Of a stretch of DNA of 64,000 bases, positions 52,347-64,000 are shown one piece after another. This DNA is from Chrysomallon squamiferum. Taxonomy: Eukaryota; Animalia; Mollusca. Made by a program: the position numbers and the translations under genes. Numbering within the stretch: position 1 is the first letter of the stretch; each line of letters starts with the position of its first letter. The DNA is taken from the NCBI GenBank assembly GCA_012295275.1, contig CM022668.1, positions 14,198,001-14,262,000 on the forward strand. Direction: 5' to 3'. Below the pieces are notes generated by a model, which was not told the origin of the DNA, did no database searches, and saw only the letters and a program-made list of their open reading frames with translations.

Positions 52347-54443
52347 CTAAGAGATCGAATAAATTAAATATTAGTAGGTGGCTGCACCTCTTTGTAAGTA
52401 AGTTGGGAAGTAAACTAGGAATGAAGGTGAAGTAGTTATTTCATTATCATTGAAAATATTTAATTTTTTCATTTTAGGTTAGTGTCTGTGCATTGACAAC
52501 AACAACAGCAAAAATAGTAGTAATAACAATGACTGGAAAAGTAGTACAGTGATAAAAGTACTTGAAATTTTATTAAAGATGTAATACTTTTAATTTGTAT
52601 ATTAAAATAACTCTGCTTTTTTTTCAGCAAAAGTAAGAAATGTTTTCTGAAATAAGACGATAATTCCCCCAGTTTTATTTTTTATTTTTTTTTATTTTAT
52701 CTTTTTTTATTATTTTTTTTTTGTTTGTAATGTTTTATAATTTTTATGCATGATCGAACGCATGCGGAAACAGTAAGTGAACGGAAGTTCCAATCGTGGT
52801 TGAATTTGGTTTGTTTTCTTTTAAATCAAAGATTTTCCAAAGAATCACAAAATAAATCGGGGTAATATTTCCACAGAAGGAATATTTTTGGCACTGAAGA
52901 AAAAGATTAAACTTTGCTAGACACGGAAATAATTAAAAAGTTGGTATAGAAGAGTACACGGTGTAAACAAGACAAGAGTTGCTTCCCTTTAGTCATCGCC
53001 TAATTAAGGAATATTTTTTATTTTCCCACGTCAGTTACTGAAGGGCATTTTTAAAAAAACAACAACAACAGCAGCTTTATTGGAAGGTTAATTCGCAGTC
53101 CTATCAAACAGTATGCAGAGTTTAATCACGCAGTACTATTACTAACGTGAGAATAGTTTTTGTTTTCACGATACAATTGAATAACAACTATAATAAATTT
53201 AAGGATATTCGTGTTCAGAAAAGGTATAAGATACAATATTCAGAGATGACAAAATATATGTAATGGTAATTAGAAACATATTAGGAATAGAGATGCTGTG
53301 TTACAGAAACCAGATAATAAATTCAAGAAAACGTTTGAACTAAAATTGTCAAGTTGCGTCAGCTACAGTTTTTTCTCAAAGTACTGTTCAGTGCATCAAA
53401 AGTACATCTCTTGTTTAAAAGTTTCACGAGGTAGACAAGTGTTCATATAGAGGAGAACTGACTGAAAATTCTTCACTGACGATTTAAAAATTAAAATAAA
53501 TTAAAAATGAAAAATGAAAATAAAAATAAAAATTTAAATACTTTGATTTTGTATGAATAAATGGATTTTGAATTTATTTTTGTTTTATATATTTATTATT
53601 TATAAGGTATCATTTTACCTGTGTAATTGGTTATTTCTATTTATATAATCTATTATATAACAACAGTCCTACTGGTATGAATATATTCCAATAAATAAAT
53701 AAAATGTATGAAAAAATGATGTTCAATTGATTATTTATTTTTTAAGCACACATTAGAACGTACATTAATGATACGCAGAAGAAGATATTAGTGTGTTATT
53801 TTCATTCTGGAATTTCATCATCAACCAAGTAATGGACTGTACCGTTTAATTTTGGCGATTATTATTATTTTTTGCACCAAAATTATAGTTTATTAATTTT
53901 TTTTGCAAATATATTATAAAACTTTAAATTGGTTCCAATTATTTTATCACGTATATCCTGCCATAGTTATATTATTTACTAAAAAATGGTTTTCGAAAAT
54001 CGTATTATTATTATTATTAACTTTATCATAATTTTATAAAAATGAAAAATAAAGACTTCTTTCTTTCAGCTTGTAATATGTTTAGCCTGTTAAGAACGCC
54101 ATGGTATTTTTCTGACTGAATATATACATGAAGGGTTTTGTTGTCATAAAAACTAAAGACATATTTATTTATTTTGTTCTTAAAGAAAACACTGTCTGTT
54201 GGAACAGACGTTAAAACAGGAACCAATGCCACTGGTTGTAAAGGCACACGAGAAAATCAGGTCAAACCGGCAACATAATTATGATAAAACAGAAACCAAG
54301 TACACATAAAACTAAAGTAAAGAAAACTGTCAACTACGTAAATATAAATAATAAAACTAGAGATGGCAAAAAAAAAAAAAATAAATAAAAAAAAAAACCA
54401 AGTAATAATAATAATAAAATAAAATTATAAAACTGAAAAACAA

Positions 54444-54513
<70 letters not shown>

Positions 54514-54862
54514 TTAAACAATAGGATCTGTAGTCCTCATTTCATTTTGTCTTACCCACCAGCTTTGCGGAAGACCATAAATGCGGACGCTTCTTGCATA
54601 CGAAAGAGGAAAACTGGTTAATAAGTTATAATTGGTTTATACAGTATCCTTTGATCTTTTTGTATCCACCTAAATACAGAGAAACAAATAAGTCTGGAAA
54701 AATTATTGAATAAAATCTATACTAACAAAAGGTATGCCTAAACTGCTATATTACATAATTTTTATATATTCTCTTTTATAAACTATATTTGAGCCACTAC
54801 ACTACGAGTGGAATACATTGGCGCGGACTTTAAAGAGGAAATAACATAAAGGAAAATCAAAA

Positions 54863-55410
54863 ATGGCTGCGCCCTTTACGAATCCATCACAATTGCTTCC
54901 ATTAGGTTATATTTAAATATATTTGCATATTTTTTAATGTTTTCTTTTAATACTATGTTTAATTTGGCTGTGCATTTTAATTTAGATATAACCAGTTAAT
55001 CTGGACGTCGTCTTTATAACTGCGAAGATGATTTTGTAATGTAACTGAATATGTTTTCGTTGTAATTTAGTTATCGTTTCAAGTTTCTGTTGAAAAATAA
55101 ATATTGGAAAAATTGTGAAAAAAAAGGTCTAGTTTAAAAATTTTAAACAGATGGGAATTGGAAATATTTGATTAATAATTAAACATATTAGTGTTTCAAC
55201 TGTTTGCTTCGTTTAAATTTTATCTTAAAATAGAAGGAAACTCTTTGGAAACATGAATAATAAAATATATATTGCAAATTGGACAAGATATGTTTTGAAG
55301 TATTTTGAAAAATCTGTAATTCTGTTATATTAGTTATTAGTATGGCTAGTGTTTTCAGTTTATTATATTTTTATTTTCGGTAACATGTTTTATGTTATCT
55401 TTTTATTTAC

Positions 55411-55466
<56 letters not shown>

Positions 55467-55702
55467 AATGTGTGTGTTGGGTGTTTGATAAGGTTATTAT
55501 TATTAATTTAATTTTTCATTTCAGAATTGGTGGATAAATGTATTGGCTCAAGAATTCACATTATTATGAAGAATGATAAAGAAATTGTAGGAATTCTTCT
55601 TGGTTTTGATGACTATGTCAGTATCCTTATTGGCTGTTTTGTTAGTTTTTGTGTGTAGTCAGTAGATCATGTGTTTTGAACATGCTTTACAATATTTATA
55701 TA

Positions 55703-55753
<51 letters not shown>

Positions 55754-58434
55754 GTCTCTCAAAAAAAAAAAAAAGCATTTAAACCCGACCATCTCAGATT
55801 TTTATGAAACTCTCCCACAGCCTCCCTCTCCCTCCCTCAAACAAAACACACAAGCAGTTTCTGAGTATAATTTCATTACTACTTTTAATATATAACAAAA
55901 AATACCAAAACTGCCCCCCTCCATATAACTCATAATTACTATAATGGTATAAAGCATAAAACGTTAACAGAAGTTGGAGAATCTGACACATTTTAAATTT
56001 GATAAAATTAATGATTGTTAACAAATATTTTAATTTGTCTTTCTATTTCACTTTACTTTCATCATAAAGCATTAAAAAAATTACTTTTTTATTTTCTTGA
56101 AATGATTGCTTGATTATGGCTTCTTTTATTATGAGTATAATCATAAAATTGTGCCATGTGTTTATCCTTAACTAAAATACAGATATGGTTTTAGAAGATG
56201 TAACAGAATAGTAAGTGTAAAATTATTTTTAATTTGACTTACAGAGTAACTGAACATCAAATTTATTCATTTGTATTCCTCGCTTTAAATCAGGAGTTTT
56301 GCCTAAACTTGACAGGATAATATTCCTCGCTTTAAATCAAAAAAACTAGAGAACTAGGAGATAAAAGAAATAAAAAAAAGCCATCCTCTGCAATTTCTGA
56401 AGGCAAAAGAAATAAAAAAAATCAGTTGTTTTGACGATGCAGATCTTAAATAATCTCTTAAAAGCTTTTTGAACCTGTGATTTTTTTTATCTAAGGGTCA
56501 TTCCATGTCAAATCACACAAAAAAAGCAAAGCATTTAAACCCGACCGTCTCAGATTTTGGCAAAAATGGGTGTGACCACCAACCTTAGAACCTTCATATA
56601 TCCAGAACTACTGGGCCAATCTTCATAAAATTAGTATTGTTAAAAAGACAATATGACAAGGATTTCAAATCTGCCATTATTGTTCAGTTTGGCTATGTGG
56701 ATCAAGAGAGATTGTGATTCCTAGCATCCAGAATTGATCATTCAGGTTTTAGTTAATCAGATGTTAATGGCTGAAAAGGTGTTATTTTCATTGACGTGCA
56801 TTTTTTAAATCTATATTGTGGCTGAACAAACAATATTACACCCAGGAAACTTTTATATGTTTTAGTTAACATGTGGGAGATTAAATTTCAATAAAGGTCA
56901 TCTCAAGGTCATGTGATCCACATGGCCAAACTGAACAATAATGGCAGATTTGGAATCCTTGTTATATTGCCTTTTCAACAATACCAATTTTATGCAGATT
57001 GGCCAAGTAGTTCCTGAGATATGAGTGTTCAAAGGTTGGTGATCACACCCATTTTTGACAAATATCTCAAAATTTGGGGGGCCGTATCTCCCACACCACT
57101 TGTCCACTTGTTAGATTTGGTGCTGTGGGATCCCAGTCAACAAGTATACCAAGTTTCAAAAAAATCTGAGAGTCGGGTTTAACCCATTGGGTGATTTAAC
57201 ACGGAATGACCCCTAAAGTTGAAGAAGCTAGTGGTGGAATTTGACTAAAGTAATTCAAAACCAGACAGTTGTGTTACAAATGAATCAAATAATCATAGTA
57301 CTTAGTAGATGAATAGGCTATGGAATTACCAGAGAAGGTTTTGTAGTACTTGTCATTATTATTGTTTCTCTCACCTCAGTTGATAATGATACATTTGTTC
57401 CCCGGTCAAGGGGAAGGTTTCAATAAGACATCCCAAGTTGCTAATCTGTATAGAATAGCTCATTAAGCAACAACAGCCATTTTCATGTTTTTATTATCTG
57501 CATAATCATGAACCATGTTTTCATGCCATATCACTATACATTAAAATCTTGTGACTGCATCATTTTAAACAAAGGATTTATTTGTCATTATTTTTTTATA
57601 CCTAAATAATCATTAATAATAAAATGTATTAAATTAAATACTAATTAATTTGTTAGTGATGCAGATAATTTATACATATTTATTTTCAATGGTGTTTATT
57701 TTTGACATCTAAATAATCATCAATAATGAAATGTATTTTAAATACTAATTAATTTGTTAATGATGCAGATAATTTACACATATTATTTTCAATGGTGTTT
57801 ATTTCTGACATCTAAATAATCATTAATAATGAAATGTATTAAATTAAATACTAATTAATTTGTTAATGATGCAGATAATTTAAAGCTGATTATTTTCAGT
57901 GAAAGCACTCCAGAAGGACGAAGGGTGACAAGACTTGACAAACTTCTCTTGAATGGAAACAACATCACAATGGTAAACAGCAATTTTTAAAACAAAACTT
58001 CATATATAAATTGTACTACAGCAAAACATGATGTTAAAGCTTTAACTTTTTGTCACATAAAAATTTATCATTAAATTCTAAAGCAAGGGTTTGCGCTTTT
58101 GAAAGAAAATGCTACGACATCCATTTCTGTCTGTGAGAGATTCCATAAAAGTATTCTTTACTCCTAATTAAATTCTGTCTGAACAGACTTTAAAACAGGA
58201 ACCAATGCCACTGGTCCTATATGTCATAAAACTAGAGATAACGCACATGAGAAAATCAGTCAAAATATTCTTTACTTCTAATTAAATATTGTCTGTATAG
58301 ACTTTAACAAAGTGTTGTATATTTTAAATATTAAATTATGTAGCAATACAAAGATAGTTGCAGAACAAAAAAGACAACTGAAAAAATAATAAGTATTTTT
58401 ATTATTATTGTAAATGTTACTATAATTGTTATTA

Positions 58435-58484
<50 letters not shown>

Positions 58485-58533
58485 TTCTTTATTTCAGCTG
58501 GTACCAGGAGGAGAAGGGCCTGAAGATAAATGA
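54863..58533 (+). CDS. LSM5: U6 snRNA-associated Sm-like protein LSm5, join(54863..54905,55525..55620,56183..56210,57900..57972,58498..58533), 91 aa
   Basis: The spliced translation is [91 protein letters not shown]. All introns are GT-AG with consistent phases. Confidence 0.96.
55621..56182 (+). other. U12-type (minor spliceosome) GT-AG intron in LSm5
   Basis: The 5' site is GTATCCTT. The branch site TCCTTAAC at 56165-56172 lies ~10 nt from the AG, with no polypyrimidine tract. Confidence 0.92.
56494..57213. mobile_element. MITE/foldback-type non-autonomous DNA transposon (~720 bp) in LSm5 intron 3
   Basis: The ends are TA|AGGGTCATTCCATGTCAAATCAC ... GTGATTTAACACGGAATGACCCC|TA. Long internal inverted arms span ~56565-56704 vs ~56914-57057. 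A related fragment lies at ~55772-55810. Confidence 0.8.
57602..57899 (+). repeat. Three-copy ~105-bp tandem repeat ending in the LSm5 exon 4 acceptor
   Basis: CTAAATAATCATTAATAAT...GATGCAGATAATTTA...TATTTTCA units start at ~57602, ~57709 and ~57812. Confidence 0.85.
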
Positions 58534-58921
58534 TCATTTTCATCAGTGATCATCATCATCAACATGTTCTTCATCAGACATTTTTCATTTTCAACTGTTT
58601 TTGTTTTTTTTAATTAATAAAAAAAAAAAAATGTAATCCATTTAATCTTTTTTTGTAATTCTTTTTTTTAATTATTATTTATATATTTTTTAATTTATTT
58701 TTATTATTATCCCAGCTGTTGTGGTACTTTCTAAGAGAAACTATATATGAATATTCTGAAAATTATATTACTGATAAAACTTCCTCATGGGGAGAAAAAA
58801 AAATCACAGATTAATTTTTATATTAAAAACAGAGCTGAGGGACATGATTATTAACTGGTAACAGGAAATATAATCTCAATTCTCTCATTTCATTCCATTA
58901 CACTAAATTTCCCATATGCCC

Positions 58922-58954
<33 letters not shown>

Positions 58955-61900
58955 TATATGTACTATGTATGTATGCTAATGATATGATTTCTTGTTTATC
59001 ATTTACTTCAAAGAACAATTAAAAAAAGAAAAAACAAAACAACATTTACAACTTGAAAACTTTATTGTTGACAGTACAAGTTAATTACCCACCCCAATCT
59101 AGAGAAGAAAAAAAAAAAATACAATCATAATATAGCACAATATAAACAATCAACAATGAGGCTCAACATTCAACAAATAACCAATGACAAAACGTATTGC
59201 AAAATATCCTGTCGGACAAACCAATATGTATGTTTGGCCAATCAGATTAAAGATTAAAAACAATATTTCATCATGATTGGACAAATCAAATATCTATGTT
59301 TTCAATTTGGCCAATCAAAAATAATATCTCATAACTTATTTAGAGAAGGGAAAAAAAGGGAAAAAGGGAAAAAAGAAAAATGCAACAAATCTTCTGATTG
59401 GATAACGAAGATTTATCAATTCAAAATGGCAGACAATGAGAAAGCACAGTTTGTTTATTTACATTTTGGTGCCATTCTCAAAGATTTTAACAAAACAATG
59501 CATAGCTTGTGAAAAAAGAAAATAATTACATAAAACCAGTAACAGTAAATTAAATTTCATGTAACTCTACAATGTTGTTATTTTTCATGTAAATCTTAGC
59601 TGCATTAAATACAAAGAACTGATCAGTAATTTTACATGACATTTGTATTATTTTAAACAAACTGAAAAAATTTATCAGTTTAGTGTCTATTAAATAACTG
59701 ACATATATTCAGTAAGGAAAAAATATATAAACAAAATGTTTGTTATATTCAATACAAAAAAAAAAAAAAAAAAAACCCAACAATAATAATAATAATAAAT
59801 TAATGTCTTATTATATTCAATAATTAAAATATGTAATTATGTTTAATAACCATATTTAATAACAAAAAAAAGAATAAAGATTCTCTTAAAACAAATAATA
59901 GTATGATTTTTAATATTCATATATATTTCAGACTGGTTTTGGAAATAAAAAAAAATAAATTTTCATTTTAAACAAAATGGAAAATTAATCCTTTTTTTAT
60001 CAGGGAGAAAACAAAATTTCATGCAAATGCAATTTTAAAGACTCAAAGGAAAATATATATATATATGTATATATAACATGTTTATTTACATACATTATAA
60101 CAAAATAGCGCTGTCTATTTAATAATTTGCATATTAATAATAATCGGACATTATCAAACACTACATATTAAAATTAAGTCAGTTTTAGAATTGTGTGGAC
60201 GGAAACATGGATGTATGCCCGATTTCTGCATTAATGTGTTCAGAAAGATTTGTTCTCAATACATCTTATTCAATCTTACAGCATACTGTTACAATTTATT
60301 TAAAATTCTTTCCTTATTAACTAACAGAAATTCCATTCTACTGTTTAGTATTATATTAATGTACATGAAAAAAGTAATTTATAAGATTTAAAAAAAAATT
60401 TAAAAAGATTTTTTTTTAGACTGAGCTTATCCCATATATGACATAAAATTTAAAAAAACAAAAACAATCATTAATAATAATAATAATAATAATGAAAAAA
60501 AAAAAAAAAGAAAGGAAATAGATTTAAAATTAAAGCCATAATTACCTGAATTAATTTTTAAAAAGTATCTGAGTATAAGAAACTTAAATGCATAAACATA
60601 ATTGTTTTAATTATGTAAAGCTATGCAAATCGTAAAGCAATCAATATAATAAAAAGAAAAATGTTTTGTAAAACAATTTAGTATTAATGATAACTAGACT
60701 GAATTACTTATCTATCTATAATGTTCATTATATGTCTTTTAATTTAATTTAAAAAAAATTCTAACGGATATGAAACTTCTTTTATTATAATTAATTCAAT
60801 GTTTTCATTTCATTTTATTATCATTATTTATTTTAATGGTGGATTAATAAAGTATTACAGAAAAATAAAATGCTATTATCTCTCTTAATCTAATTTACAA
60901 CGAAACTATTAATTAATGCTGAATGATTAATTCTGCATTTTTACTAACTATAACAAATTCGATGTATTGGTAATAATAACAGTAACAGTAAAGCAATAGC
61001 AATCAGAATAATAGTAACGTAACAGTAATATAATACTAAGACAACAGGCTGAAGCAGTTGTGTAGTTGTAGCAGCAGTAGTAGTAGTAGTAGAAAAAACA
61101 GAAGCAGTTGCAATACTTATAGTTTGTTGTAGTAGCAGATGTAACAAAAGCAATAGAAGGAGCATTGATGGTAGTGGTAGTTTAGTAGTAGCTGCATAAC
61201 AACATCAGCACAGAATATTAGTGGTAGTTGCAGTAGTAGTAGCAGCAGCAGAACAGAATAGCAGTGGTAACAGAAATAATAGTAGATGCAGCATTAGTAG
61301 CAGTAATAGTAACTACAACAGTAATAGTAACAGTTGCTATAAAGGTAGCAACAGCAGAAGCATTAGTAATAAATTTAAAATAATAATAATAGCAATCATA
61401 GTAATAATAATAATAATAATCATAATAATAATCACCTATTTCATGTTGCAACCATTTTCTCAAATAATTAATAACTTAGAAACAATGAAAATTAACATTT
61501 AATGCAGTATTAATTAATTAGAGCCAATCTGTCATAGTTGAAAAATATATTTTTAAACGTTATTATAAACGAAAATAGATATATAAAAATAATTTATTTG
61601 ATGCCCCAAAAAAAAAAAAAAAAATAATAATAATAATAATAATATAAATAAAACTATGATAATAATAAATATTATTTAATAAAATAAAATAATCTAGCAT
61701 TTAAAGTTAGGAACCAACATTAACCTCAAGATCAATGATAATAATACACAAAGGGAGACAACTGAAACTGAATATTGTATAATCACGACACCAGAAATTC
61801 ACACACACACTAAACACAGACAAATGGTGATGTATTAATGCAGTTTCCCTCGCTCTCACTAACTGAAAGGGTGAACAAGGCGCCCTATTTATAAAATATC

Positions 61901-63423
61901 ACGGGTTTGTCAGTTGTGGGTGAGAATTACATCAGTGAATTATAAAATAAAAGTGATATGGTCCTCCAGCTATGTGATATCAAAAAAGTATTAAATAAAA
62001 ATAAAAATAATTCACTTTGATAATAATTAATATCAGATAAAATGTAAATGCTTACAGAGATGGAGACAGATGCATTTTAAAATTTATTATTTAGTTATTC
62101 TGTTGTTGAGGTCGTTTTTAAAATATCTCTGATATTAGTTGAAATGTTCTTGTCTTGAGTTTCAGAGATATGGAAATACAATTTGTAATTAGTGTGTCAT
62201 ATTCAAAAATTAATTTTATTGTAAAATTTTGATTTTTGTTATTATTTTTTTTTAATGTTTTAATTACAGTTGTAGGTTTCTATTAAAATCCTTATCTAGT
62301 GTATCTTGTGTGTGTTTGTCATTCAAATCTACATTTGTTTTAATGTCAGTTTAACCATTCTGTCTCTGTGTATCTGTATCTGTCAGTGTGTGTGTGTGTG
62401 TGTGTGTGTGTCTGGACATATGTACATATATTCTATATTTTCCTCATTTTAACTTAATGTCTGGGTATCTAAATATGTTCTGAATTACTGAAAAATGCTG
62501 TGTTCAGATATTCTTCATATCCAACTTGTTGAATGTTTAACAAATATATTGCTATTTTTTAACAATGTTGACTATTACTGTTATTTAATTATACCTGTCT
62601 ATTTAATATTTTTTTTTTTACCACATATAGATTGTTCCAAAATAAAGAATAATGTTTTATTTTTAATTTTATTTTAAAAATATTTCTTAAAATAAAAATT
62701 ATGGCAAAATTAGACAAAATGACAGGAGCAAATCTACACCAAATATTCATTAACTCAGTATTTCAAAATACAGATCAGCAAGTGATTTTATTATTATTAG
62801 TTTTATGATCATCATTATTATTTTTTATATTTTTTTTTTCTTTAAATTCTAAGAACAAAAAAAATGTTTCTTAGTTGAAAAATAACCTTTAAATAATTTC
62901 TTTTCAAAAAATAAATAAATAAATAAATAAATAAATAAATGAATAAATCCAGCATCAACAATAATTTAATTATTCTTCTGACAAAATTCTTCAAGTGAAC
63001 TGTAAACAGAACAAAAAAGTAAATTTGTTATTTCTCTTAGTTTTGAATTCTTTAAGTTAAATACACATTTATTTCCCTTTAAAATGTAAATGTTTTATCT
63101 CCCTTTGTTCTGAACTCTCCATGTTTTATGTACACTTATTTTCTTTTACAAAATATTTTCAATGCAAAAAGTTTTTGTTATCTCCCTTTGCTTTGAACTG
63201 TCCATGTAATATATATATGTTTTACTATCATTCACTGATATAAATAAATATGAACTCTCTGTTAAGATATGTTAATTATTTCCCTATTGAACTCTGCAAG
63301 CAAACTGTACATTTGTTTTCTCCCTTTACTATGAACTTTTACAGACAAATCAAAATTCTTTATTAGTACTGATACAAAAATTAACCATTTAGAGAATAAC
63401 AAGGAATATTAATAATAATAATA

Positions 63424-63459
<36 letters not shown>

Positions 63460-63465
63460 TTAATA

Positions 63466-63526
<61 letters not shown>

Positions 63527-64000
63527 CTGTAGGTTTAACAAACATTTAAAACCAACAAAAATTAAGTATTTAGTAAATACAATCGACCAGTTATAATGTT
63601 ATTAAAATACGTTCAATAATAAAGCTCAAACTCTGTCATCTGATAATATATTTTACTTATTTGTTGTTTCAGTAAACAAGACAGAAAACAACTTGGCACA
63701 CAGGACATATCTTCAAACATACATATGTACAGACAAACACATTTGCTGTAATTCTCCAACCAAAAGTTATGTTAAATATTTAATAAACTCGATCTCATTT
63801 CAAAATTATGTTATTTATGTAATTTATTTACTTTTTATTTTTCTTTATTTATTTATTTTTTTTTTAATATTTAAATTATTATTATTTTTTTTTTTTTTTT
63901 CATTTGTTGACTTTTTTATTTGTTGATCAATAAAATTAATGCAAAAGGTTTTAACCAAATAAAAGGCCATATATAAAAATAACTATTTATTTCAGCTGAT

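Noticed and set aside
58600-64000. Protein-coding gene in the last 5.4 kb
   Set aside because: Only AT-rich sequence, microsatellites and a loose TCCCTTTG..TGAACT repeat (~63070-63340) are present. No credible exons were found, so it is probably UTR, intron or intergenic DNA.

Overview
This is AT-rich, microsatellite-laden animal genomic DNA with spliceosomal GT-AG introns and one U12-type intron. The style suggests an invertebrate, possibly a mollusc, but that is inference only. The window holds a cluster of lineage-specific, low-complexity, apparently secreted proteins that I do not recognise: gene A (+, 4510-7237), gene B (-, 10535-17856), gene C (+, 18306-19659), a 3' fragment F (-, ~20 kb), a broken copy D (-, 39-42 kb) and a long intact exon E (-, 48.8-52.3 kb). 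A, B and C share one architecture: a 63-nt exon encoding a 21-aa signal peptide, a phase-0 intron, and one large exon. They also share a promoter module (CCGGAAA..TGACGTCA..TAAACA) and a 3'-end motif. The proteins alternate acidic repeat blocks with a recurrent basic amphipathic 'RxRLAxLLxxxLK' helix. Interleaved are an AIG1/GIMAP GTPase and its pseudogene in a ~9.5-kb tandem duplication with reciprocal gene decay, a scrambled mosaic of local repeats with two Tc1-like remnants, and a complete five-exon LSm5 gene with two orphan copies of its first exon. All gene models were read by eye and no database searches were run.
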